This document shows positions 1 to 7,394 of a DNA stretch of 64,000 nt, piece by piece. The notes below the pieces were generated by a model, which saw only the letters and a program-made list of their open reading frames with translations, searched no databases and was not told the origin of the DNA. Source of the stretch: Bacteroidaceae bacterium. Its GTDB lineage: Bacteria > Bacteroidota > Bacteroidia > Bacteroidales > Bacteroidaceae. Position numbers and translations under genes: made by a program. How positions within the stretch are numbered: the first letter of the stretch is position 1; every line of letters starts with the position of its first letter. The DNA lies in the NCBI GenBank assembly GCA_024401185.1, contig JAKSLO010000001.1:2032-66031 (forward strand), given 5' to 3'.

Positions 1-57
1 TTTTTACCCGAAGGGCTCAGCCAAAATCCGTGTGAGCGAGTAAGAGGGATTTTTGTC

Positions 58-79
58 AAAAAGTGGCAGTACACCTGCC
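58..79 (-). terminator. Possible terminator closing the leftward island operon
   Basis: The minus strand reads GGCAG-gtgta-CTGCC followed by acTTTTTg. The stem is only 5 bp. Confidence 0.3.
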
Positions 80-278
80 TTGCGCCCATCGGGCTGTCAA
101 CGTGCCTCCGTACCTTTGTATGCCAAAACGGAACTATATAGCGGTGAACAAAGCGGCCACAAGTAACAATGAAAGCAAAATGAGGGAGTGTTGGAACATA
201 GGGACAAGAGGAACGCCGACACAGTAAGGAACCATGCCGGCGTCAGTTTAACAAGTATATGAGAAAAATGTGTAGATG

Positions 279-686
279 CTACCTTGCCACAGGGATAAGT
301 GATTTGAGTGCGGTAAGCTTTACCTCGATTTGATAGCCTGCCGGTGTGCCTGTAGGTGTACCCGTAACGGTGGTGACTTGGATAGTGGGGAAATCCTCCT
401 TCGTGCCGATGAGGAAGTTCTGCCCAGAGGCTGTAGTGACGAGGAAGGCGAGGTTGTACTGGGTAGGGATTTGCTGTGTGGTACGAAAAGAGAGCGTCGT
501 AGATTCAGCATGACCATTATTCTCGGGGGCATCTACCGCTTCACATTCGGGAATGCCGTGAAAAGAGATTGGGATGTTGGGCGCGAACACACCGACCGGG
601 ATGCCAGAGCGGAAGGAAAGAGCGAGGTTGGGTGTAAGCTGATGACAATAGAGATACGATAGAGATGTAATGCCAGGTAATTTCAT
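279..686 (-). CDS. Hypothetical protein (island)
   Basis: ATG-initiated 135-aa ORF, co-oriented with and downstream of the primase operon. The C-terminal half is Thr/Gly-rich (TTVTGTPTGTPAG). No motif recognised. Confidence 0.5.
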   Translation of the reverse strand: MKLPGITSLSYLYCHQLTPNLALSFRSGIPVGVFAPNIPISFHGIPECEAVDAPENNGHAESTTLSFRTTQQIPTQYNLAFLVTTASGQNFLIGTKEDFPTIQVTTVTGTPTGTPAGYQIEVKLTALKSLIPVAR

Positions 687-768
687 GAGGCTTCAAGAGA
701 TTTCAGATGATACATTCGCCGATTTTGTCCCATTTCACGAACTGGAGACAAAAAAGACAAGAAGGGGG

Positions 769-1287
769 TTAAAGTCGGGAAGATTTTTTCGACTTTTTTT
801 TAGGTTTTGAGGAATGCGATGCGAGTTTGCTGCGAAGCGTAGCCTTTTCGTTCGCTTTCCTCTTTCGGTTGTAGATTTGCTGGATGGCACACCAGTTGGT
901 ATCATTATACTCGATACCATTGTCCTCCATGAAAGCATCAATCATATCTTTGAGCTGAATATGGAGGACCTTATGGTTGTGCAGTACATTCCACAGATCG
1001 ACAATGAAATCGTTGCGGATGGTTTCGGCAAGCAGCTCCGCTCCAGCCGGGGAGAGGTAATTGTACTGCCGAACATCCTTGCAACGGAATGTTGGGATAT
1101 AGATGGTGACATTCGCAGAAGGATCACGCTTTGGCGGTTCTGCAGGCTGTGGCATCAGGAAACGACGAAGAATGTCTGTCTCAGGCTGGTCGCGTGTAAG
1201 CTCGACAGGCTGAGTACCCCCTTGCTTGTGTATGAACCACTGAGCAAGGTAGGGAGGAAGAGTAATAGATAATGTAAACTGGCTCAT
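769..1287 (-). CDS. Hypothetical protein with basic C-terminal tail (island)
   Basis: 172-aa ATG ORF that starts right after the iteron block. The tail is SKPKKKSKKSSRL. No domain recognised. Confidence 0.6.
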   Translation of the reverse strand: MSQFTLSITLPPYLAQWFIHKQGGTQPVELTRDQPETDILRRFLMPQPAEPPKRDPSANVTIYIPTFRCKDVRQYNYLSPAGAELLAETIRNDFIVDLWNVLHNHKVLHIQLKDMIDAFMEDNGIEYNDTNWCAIQQIYNRKRKANEKATLRSKLASHSSKPKKKSKKSSRL

Positions 1288-1374
1288 GCTGCAAAGGTAC
1301 TGCGAATCTACGTAACTCTAGGTGCTAAAAATACTAATAACGCTACAAGGGGTATATATTTTCGCATTTACATG

Positions 1375-1561
1375 TTCTACAAATTCTCTACTACTGAATA
1401 TCAATATGTTATATTGTAGAAGTAGTAGAAAAACTACTATATAGAGGCCCTTCGTAGAACGAGCCTCAGAGATTTGTAGAACAGTGTAGAAGCCCGTAGA
1501 AAAATGTAGTGCTTTTAACGCACTCATTTGAAGCCTTGTAGAACGTGTAGAGCGTGTAGAT
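1375..1561. repeat. Iteron array, candidate replication origin
   Basis: Ten direct (T/C)GTAGA(A) copies lie at 1416, 1425, 1454, 1476, 1486, 1496, 1506(variant), 1538, 1547 and 1556. Inverted copies (TTCTAC/CTCTAC) lie at 1375-1394. An AT-rich stretch at 1330-1415 adjoins the array, which sits directly 3' of the primase-helicase gene. Confidence 0.7.
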
Positions 1562-1605
1562 GCAGGCTTCGCGCACACACGCGAGAGGATTTTGAGCGAA
1601 AGAGA

Positions 1606-1637
1606 GAGGGGTGACAACTCAGCAGCTGCCACCCCTC
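1606..1637 (-). terminator. Hairpin 3 nt after the primase-helicase stop
   Basis: GAGGGGTG / CACCCCTC 8-bp inverted repeat with a 16-nt loop. The downstream tract on the minus strand is TCTCTTTCGCTC, which is only weakly U-rich. Confidence 0.45.
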
Positions 1638-1639
1638 AC

Positions 1640-4600
1640 TCAGTAACCATCCTCATCCTCGTCCCCGAAGTCCAAGGTTTTCTGCGGATCCGGCTCCGGC
1701 GGTTCCGCAGGATCCTGGACTTCTTCCTCGATGTCACCCGACACGTTATCAAGGTTGAGGTCGTACCGTTCCTTGATACGTGCATAATCGAAACAGTAGG
1801 CAATGTCCACGGAGGAAACGTCGTAGGACCTTCCGTTGCGTGTTTCAATAACGGGATAGCCATTGCGCATCTGCTTGAAACGGCACGAGTTCTTGACACC
1901 AAGGAATCCCTCGCTCATCTCCAGATAATACTTGAAGGAAGCCTTTGCAATGGTATCGCCATGTGTCTGCACCACGAACCTGTTGTATTCTGCCAGTACG
2001 CTGGAGATACGCAGGTAGAGAATCTGCGTAGGACGCTGGAAGCTGCGAGTGGTCTTGTCCCTGAGTCCTGACAGCGTAGTACGTACATCTATGCGGTAGT
2101 CACCATCCATATTGATGGAGCCAGCCGCACGCATGGCACGCAGACTCTCCCAGAATCCGCTGACCTCATTGTTCTCAATGACGTAGCGGTTCTGCAGCAG
2201 AATACCATCCACGCAGACCTTCAGCATGTCATTGTAATCGAAGGGAAGGATAATGCTGTAGCCAAGGGCGCGGAGAGAAGCGAGCGGAATGATCCAGTTC
2301 TGGAGCGTTCGGGTCTCGACCTTCTCATCCCGAAGCTTATCCTCGATGTCCTTCTTGGCTTCCTTGTAAGCCTCACTGAATCCTGCCACGAACTTCTCAC
2401 GATGGCGAAGGATGTCCATTGTGAGATGTGAGAGTCCTTGCTGTTCCAGCGTGATGAGCGCATCGAACCTCCTTTGCTCTTCCGTACTGAACTCAGCCTT
2501 GCTGAAGGTAAGGAAGATCATACGGGAGAAGAGCGCGATGTCGGCGGTAGCCATTTCCTGACCGCTGATGATGATACCCGACTGTACACGTGTTGTCATC
2601 TTCTGCTTGCCACGATCCATGTCCATCTTCGTGCGACCGGTACCATCCCAGAGCGCCTTGAAGAACTCACGCTTCTTGTTGTTGATGTCGTTCTTGAACT
2701 CATCAAAATGCACGAGCGCATTGGAACACTGCCCTATAGCCTCGCCCATAGCCGAGATGGTAGTGTTCTCAATGTTGGGGGCTTCAAGCTCCAGATAGAA
2801 GAAGGCCATGAGAGCGTGACCGAGCTGCGACTTTCCGGAGCCCTTGGGACCGAAAAGGTTCAGCATGGGGAAATGCTTGGTACGGCCGAAGACCACATCA
2901 CGGAACAAGGTGGCCAGCATGAAGCAGAAGCCCACCTTGCCGTTGTTTCCGAACACATCGACAAGAGCACCCACATATTCATCGAGCCTTGTGGTGTTCT
3001 CACCCTTATAGATGAACTTACGTTCCCACTGGTAGAGATCATCCTCATCCTTATAGATGGCACTGTTGGAGGGCAGATAGTAGTTGCCCATCTCGCCGAG
3101 GCGCACTACACCATATATGTCCGTTTCGTGCCATCTGCCATTATAATAGACTCCGTTACCGAAAGCAAAGAAGCCACGCTTGTGCCATCCGAGCTGCACA
3201 ATCTCCATCGCTGTGTCCACCTTCTGGAACACGTAGCGCTTCAGGCACTGCAGCTGTTCCTCCTTGGCGAACCAGATGAAATTGCCCAAGGCTTCGACAC
3301 GCTTTCGGAAGGTATTGAGCGAGACCATATCGTCCGTCTTCAGCTCAATCATCTCCTCGTAGTCAAATTCATTGCGTATAATGAAGAGACGCTTTGAATT
3401 GACGGGATCCTTGATATGGAAAAGAGGCACAAGCATGAAATTGGACCACTGGAACACATCGCCCTGCTTGCCATAGGAGAAATAACTGTTCCTGTTCACC
3501 CAGAACTTATATTTCTCATAGTCCTCGCGGTCGATAGTGTTCTTTTTCTTGTCCTTCTCGCGCATCTTTTCCATCGCCTCTGCGACTGCCGTTTTCCAGA
3601 GCTTTATCTTACCATCTATCTTGGCGAGCTTCTCATAGTACATTTCCCTGTTTACGGCATCCGTATAGGAAACGAGGCGAGCCACTTCCTTCACGGCGTA
3701 TGATTTGCGGTGCTGATCGTCACTGGCAAGTGCAAAGTGCTGATGCGCCGCCCATACGATGAAATCCTGTTCCTCCATGCGGTCGAAGATTTCCTTCGAC
3801 GTGATGTAGGAATCAGGATCCTGCTTCTCTCCGTTGTCCGAGAGCGGGATGGGACGCACATAGACAGTGAAACCGCATTTCAAGGCTATCTCACCATTGG
3901 CGAGTACAGCCTTGGTGCCAGGAGGGAACTGGCTATCATCCTTCTGCACATCGGCATCCGGGAGGAAGCAGACCTGCGAGGCGTACTTCTTTATCTGCTT
4001 GAAGTGGTCCTCACTCCATGCACATCCAAGGGAGGCAATGGCATTGGCCACACCAATGGATTGCATGCGTATGGCATCGGGCGCACCCTCCATGAGATAG
4101 AAACGCTCATCGAGAGCCGCCTGATGCAGTGCATTCTCAATACCGAAGATAACCCTGGACTTCTCGAAGATAGGTGTTGTGGAGGTGTTGATGTACTTGG
4201 ATTCCGGACGTTCCCCTGGTCTAATGGGCTTCTGATGACTGGGGATGACGCGAGCTGTGAAGCTGATAACACGATGATAGCGGTCGCGGATGGGGATTGT
4301 CAGTCGATCGCGGAAGAAGTCAAAGAAGCCTCCATCTTTTTCCCTTTTCTTCAGAACGCCCACCTGTTCGGCAGCATCAAGGCTATACCCATTATTCTTC
4401 AGATGGGTAGAGAGGGCGTCCCACGAGTCAGGAGCGTAGCCGATGCCTTCTTCCTTGACGTAGTCCTCTCCCCAACGGGACACGGCATAGTCATAGGCAT
4501 CCTTACACTCCGAAAGATTCTTGGCAAAGAACTCCTGGGCTGCATTCGCCACGATATAGAGCCCTTCCTTTGCCTTGCGCTCCTCCATGGCCTTGCGGTC

Positions 4601-4897
4601 TGTCTCTTCCTCCACCTCGATGGAATACTTCTTGGCAAGGTAGAGCAACGCATCACGATACGACCAGTTTTCGTGCTTCATCACGAAACTGATCGGATCA
4701 CCGCCTTCACCACAGGCACCGTAGCAGTGCCAGGTATTCTTCACGGGGTTGACCTTGAAGGAAGGCGTGTTCTCGTTATGGAAGGGACAGCAGCACTCGT
4801 ACAACCTGCCACGCTTTTTGAGCGTGACAAAGTCACCGACCACATCCTCAATCTTTGCCGAGTCCTGTATCTTGTCTGTTGTAATCTGCTTTATCAT
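1640..4897 (-). CDS. DNA primase / SF3-type helicase fusion (P4 alpha / D5-like replication protein)
   Basis: N-terminal CHC2 zinc finger (CCPFHNENTPSFKV..WHCYGACGEGGD). Toprim-like acidic motifs (YLMEGAPDAIR, FLPDADVQKD). C-terminal Walker A FGPKGSGKSQLG and Walker B ALVHFDEF. Confidence 0.9.
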   Translation of the reverse strand: MIKQITTDKIQDSAKIEDVVGDFVTLKKRGRLYECCCPFHNENTPSFKVNPVKNTWHCYGACGEGGDPISFVMKHENWSYRDALLYLAKKYSIEVEEETDRKAMEERKAKEGLYIVANAAQEFFAKNLSECKDAYDYAVSRWGEDYVKEEGIGYAPDSWDALSTHLKNNGYSLDAAEQVGVLKKREKDGGFFDFFRDRLTIPIRDRYHRVISFTARVIPSHQKPIRPGERPESKYINTSTTPIFEKSRVIFGIENALHQAALDERFYLMEGAPDAIRMQSIGVANAIASLGCAWSEDHFKQIKKYASQVCFLPDADVQKDDSQFPPGTKAVLANGEIALKCGFTVYVRPIPLSDNGEKQDPDSYITSKEIFDRMEEQDFIVWAAHQHFALASDDQHRKSYAVKEVARLVSYTDAVNREMYYEKLAKIDGKIKLWKTAVAEAMEKMREKDKKKNTIDREDYEKYKFWVNRNSYFSYGKQGDVFQWSNFMLVPLFHIKDPVNSKRLFIIRNEFDYEEMIELKTDDMVSLNTFRKRVEALGNFIWFAKEEQLQCLKRYVFQKVDTAMEIVQLGWHKRGFFAFGNGVYYNGRWHETDIYGVVRLGEMGNYYLPSNSAIYKDEDDLYQWERKFIYKGENTTRLDEYVGALVDVFGNNGKVGFCFMLATLFRDVVFGRTKHFPMLNLFGPKGSGKSQLGHALMAFFYLELEAPNIENTTISAMGEAIGQCSNALVHFDEFKNDINNKKREFFKALWDGTGRTKMDMDRGKQKMTTRVQSGIIISGQEMATADIALFSRMIFLTFSKAEFSTEEQRRFDALITLEQQGLSHLTMDILRHREKFVAGFSEAYKEAKKDIEDKLRDEKVETRTLQNWIIPLASLRALGYSIILPFDYNDMLKVCVDGILLQNRYVIENNEVSGFWESLRAMRAAGSINMDGDYRIDVRTTLSGLRDKTTRSFQRPTQILYLRISSVLAEYNRFVVQTHGDTIAKASFKYYLEMSEGFLGVKNSCRFKQMRNGYPVIETRNGRSYDVSSVDIAYCFDYARIKERYDLNLDNVSGDIEEEVQDPAEPPEPDPQKTLDFGDEDEDGY

Positions 4898-5124
4898 ATC
4901 GTAGAGAAGATTTGCTTGCCAGCAACCTTCTCCATCTCAGCCTTACAAGCATCAGGGATTCGACAAAGCCCGGCAGTCCAATTATAGAAATGTTTGCGAG
5001 TCAGATGACACCCTTCGCAAACTTTCTTGATGAAAGGAGAGCGGTCCCCATAAGGGATGCTCTCAATGTATGCTTTGAGCTCTTTACGCTCAACTGCGAT
5101 GATTTCCTTTGTTGTCATGATCAT
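4894..5124 (-). CDS. Small hypothetical protein (island)
   Basis: 76-aa ORF whose stop overlaps the primase ATG (ATGA), suggesting translational coupling. It has several Cys (CEGC..C..C). No confident domain. Confidence 0.55.
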   Translation of the reverse strand: MIMTTKEIIAVERKELKAYIESIPYGDRSPFIKKVCEGCHLTRKHFYNWTAGLCRIPDACKAEMEKVAGKQIFSTI

Positions 5125-5683
5125 CTGGGTGCTTGCGTGTTACCTTATGCTTAATCTTCACCACAGCGAAGTTCAACTCAATCTCAGTCTCTGTTGACTC
5201 TGTGGCAAGATTACTACCAACCACATCAGCAAGCAGCTCTCCGGAACGCTGCAGAAGGCTACTTTGCTGCATTCCTCCGTCCTCCACATTCTGCAAGGCT
5301 TCCATGGTACGAGCCATCTCACGTACCTTTGCGTACGTCTCGATGATGGCGATGGTGGTCTGCACGGCACGAGGTGACTTTAGGATAGTAGCCAGCATGT
5401 AGAGACCACGCTCCGTAAAAGCCTTGAAATTGTATTTGGAGTAGTGCCCTTTGCCTTGTTCTAAGGTAACATTTTGTGACCTTAGAACTGTAGATTCCTT
5501 ATTATCAAGTTCTAAGACATAGCCATCAGGGAACCTTTCTGGATTACGTCTTACAGCCTGGTTTATCTGTTTCGTCTCTACACCATAGAGCTGCGCCACG
5601 TCGCTGTCAAGCAGCACATACTGTCCTTTGTACTCGAGCATCTTGCCCTTAATACTCTCAATTGTTGCTAATTCTGTATTCAT
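5090..5683 (-). CDS. ORF6N / KilA-N-type DNA-binding protein (antirepressor-like)
   Basis: The N-terminal stretch VLLDSDVAQLYGVETKQINQAVRRNPERFPDGYVLEL matches the ORF6N domain signature as I remember it. Confidence 0.8.
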   Translation of the reverse strand: MNTELATIESIKGKMLEYKGQYVLLDSDVAQLYGVETKQINQAVRRNPERFPDGYVLELDNKESTVLRSQNVTLEQGKGHYSKYNFKAFTERGLYMLATILKSPRAVQTTIAIIETYAKVREMARTMEALQNVEDGGMQQSSLLQRSGELLADVVGSNLATESTETEIELNFAVVKIKHKVTRKHPDDHDNKGNHRS

Positions 5684-5707
5684 ATATTAGTAAATTATGT
5701 ATGCACG

Positions 5708-5738
5708 TGAAAAGGGCGATCTTCACAGACAGCCCTTT
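5708..5738 (-). terminator. Intra-operon hairpin between the Xis-like gene and the ORF6N gene
   Basis: AAAGGGC / GCCCTTT stem with a 14-nt loop. The minus strand continues GCCCTTTTCAC. Confidence 0.4.
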
Positions 5739-5745
5739 CGGTTAT

Positions 5746-6003
5746 CTAACATATCCCCGCTCCTTTATCACCGAGCAGGTATTCCGTTGTCTCTTTGTCG
5801 CTGAAATAAAGTTTGCGGTCCAATCTGTGACATGGCAGCTTGCCTCTCTCAACAAGTTTTCTGACTGCTTCCTCAGATCTGCCAAGCTTTTTTGCCATCT
5901 CCGCCAGAGTAAGCACTTTATCTTGCATCTTATTAAGATGCTCAGCCGTTGCTTCTGCGATTGCCTTTATATCAGCGGGAAAGAGTACTGTTGTCTTCTT
6001 CAT
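5746..6003 (-). CDS. Helix-turn-helix DNA-binding protein (excisionase/MerR-like)
   Basis: 85 aa with an HTH-like segment LTLAEMAKKLGRSEEAVRKLVERGKLP. It sits in the early operon. Confidence 0.6.
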   Translation of the reverse strand: MKKTTVLFPADIKAIAEATAEHLNKMQDKVLTLAEMAKKLGRSEEAVRKLVERGKLPCHRLDRKLYFSDKETTEYLLGDKGAGIC

Positions 6004-6227
6004 ATTGTTTCAGTATAAATCGTAACTAACCGTGAGGCTGGTTGATAGTGACCTCGAATCTTAAACCCTTTCACTGCTGATTGTAGAGCATTAACTCGTG
6101 CAATAAGCACAGACATAGAGTAAACTTCCTCAACCGTACTGAAGAACCCGGTTTTCTTTTCGCCATTTTCAAGCGAACGCAGCCATTCCATTTTGGATTT
6201 GACCACTTCATTCTTTTGCTTTTCCAT
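6000..6227 (-). CDS. Small hypothetical protein (island)
   Basis: 75-aa ORF with an ATGA overlap onto the next gene. No motif recognised. Confidence 0.5.
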   Translation of the reverse strand: MEKQKNEVVKSKMEWLRSLENGEKKTGFFSTVEEVYSMSVLIARVNALQSAVKGFKIRGHYQPASRLVTIYTETI

Positions 6228-6233
6228 TTCTAT

Positions 6234-6449
6234 TTATATGAGATTTAATTGCACTTTTGCTTCTGACATTAGATAGATGCTCACTTTTTTTTTGATTGCT
6301 TTGCAAGCATCATGCGTTTCATTGAATCGATAGACAAAATTCTTGATTTGTATGACTGATAGGCCAGTAATAGCAGCTATCTCCACATTTTCATGGTCAG
6401 GATACAATTTTCTAATTTGCTCTTTGACTGCTTTTGAGATTTTTGACAT
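6234..6449 (-). CDS. Cro-like small HTH protein, first gene of leftward operon
   Basis: 71 aa with an HTH-like VEIAAITGLSVIQIKNFVYR. Its position is opposite the repressor. Confidence 0.55.
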   Translation of the reverse strand: MSKISKAVKEQIRKLYPDHENVEIAAITGLSVIQIKNFVYRFNETHDACKAIKKKVSIYLMSEAKVQLNLI

Positions 6450-6466
6450 AATTTATCTGTAATAAT

Positions 6467-6497
6467 TTTGCACATTCCAACAAACTGACTAACTTTG
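6467..6497 (+). promoter_or_regulatory. Rightward promoter (repressor side)
   Basis: TTTG (6467-6470), 19 nt, then TAACTTTG (6490-6497). This matches the Bacteroides -33/-7 consensus. A second TAATTTTG lies at 6463-6470. Confidence 0.6.
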
Positions 6498-6566
6498 CGT
6501 CATATTTATGGCGAGTATATGCCAATATTTACAACATTCGACAGTTTGTTTGTAAGTTATTGGCTG

Positions 6567-6574
6567 CAAAATTA
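6567..6574 (-). promoter_or_regulatory. Leftward promoter -7 box (early operon)
   Basis: The minus strand reads TAATTTTG. It is the only TAnnTTTG match on that strand between the divergent genes. Confidence 0.5.
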
Positions 6575-6637
6575 CTTACTAACAGCCGAGCAAAAGAAGA
6601 CTTTGCAGAATAATTAAGTTATAACACCCCATTTTGG

Positions 6638-6655
6638 ACTAACTAACTAACTAAA
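6638..6655 (+). repeat. (CTAA)4 tract, copy 1 (ACTAACTAACTAACTAAA)
   Basis: It ends 3 nt before the repressor ATG. An identical 18-mer lies at 7293-7310. Confidence 0.95.
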
Positions 6656-6658
6656 CAA

Positions 6659-7246
6659 ATGGCAAACAAAACAGAGGATAAGGACAAGGTAAGAGCCCTG
6701 TTAAAATATTACAAAACGAACCAGACAGAGTTCGCTGCAAGGCTCGGTTTTTCACAGTCTGCATTGGCACACTGGATAACGAGAAACAAGCTACCTTTCG
6801 ATGTTATGCACAAGATTGCCGAGACATGTGAAGAAATATCCTTCAGCTGGCTCGTTACTGGCATGGGACCAATGTTATTGAAAGATGGGGGACTGACAGA
6901 GGAGCAGATGGCAAGTGACGGAATGATGCCAGGCGGAAAAGCCGCTTTTATTCCAGGACTTGACTGTGATGAATTTGTGCAATGTCAGGGATTCAGTCTT
7001 GAACCCACAATTCATCAGGGTGACTTCATCGGATTGAAGAAACTTCGAGAGGATGAGGTCATTGATCCCGAGCGCATCTATCTTGTCACCATGACAGACG
7101 GCACTCAAATGCTACGATATGTAGCTAATATAAAAGAAGAGGAAATGTACGAACTTACAGCAGAAACAAACAGAAGAAGTTTGCAAGTTCCGTACGAAAA
7201 GATACATATATTAAAAAAAGTAGTATTTGTTGGCAAAATGATTTAG
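6659..7246 (+). CDS. CI-type phage repressor (HTH + S24/LexA-like C-terminal domain)
   Basis: N-terminal HTH NQTEFAARLGFSQSALAHWITRNKLP. The C-terminal GFSLEPTIHQGD resembles the GDSMEPT serine motif of S24 peptidases. The gene is divergent from the early operon. Confidence 0.8.
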   Translation: MANKTEDKDKVRALLKYYKTNQTEFAARLGFSQSALAHWITRNKLPFDVMHKIAETCEEISFSWLVTGMGPMLLKDGGLTEEQMASDGMMPGGKAAFIPGLDCDEFVQCQGFSLEPTIHQGDFIGLKKLREDEVIDPERIYLVTMTDGTQMLRYVANIKEEEMYELTAETNRRSLQVPYEKIHILKKVVFVGKMI

Positions 7247-7251
7247 CACAA

Positions 7252-7283
7252 TTTGGAAATCTGCCATCAAATTACTACCTTTG
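7252..7283 (+). promoter_or_regulatory. Promoter-like -33/-7 pair downstream of the repressor gene
   Basis: TTTG (7252-7255), 20 nt, then TACCTTTG (7276-7283). A further TAGATTTG lies at 7312-7319. Confidence 0.5.
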
Positions 7284-7292
7284 CAGTGACAA

Positions 7293-7310
7293 ACTAACTA
7301 ACTAACTAAA
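7293..7310 (+). repeat. (CTAA)4 tract, copy 2
   Basis: Identical to 6638-6655. It starts about 10 nt after the -7 box at 7276-7283. Confidence 0.95.
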
Positions 7311-7394
7311 TTAGATTTGCCAATGACAAAGTAGACCAGCTGCATCGCCTCAGCATCTAGGATGTTGGAGGTTGGTAGACGGAAGGCAAGCAAG

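Noticed and set aside
2438-4987. Long plus-strand ORFs (2438-3397, 3710-4987) opposite the primase-helicase gene
   Set aside because: These are antisense shadow ORFs. Their translations are low-complexity (L/H/V/I-rich) with no motifs, while the minus-strand frame carries clear primase and P-loop motifs.
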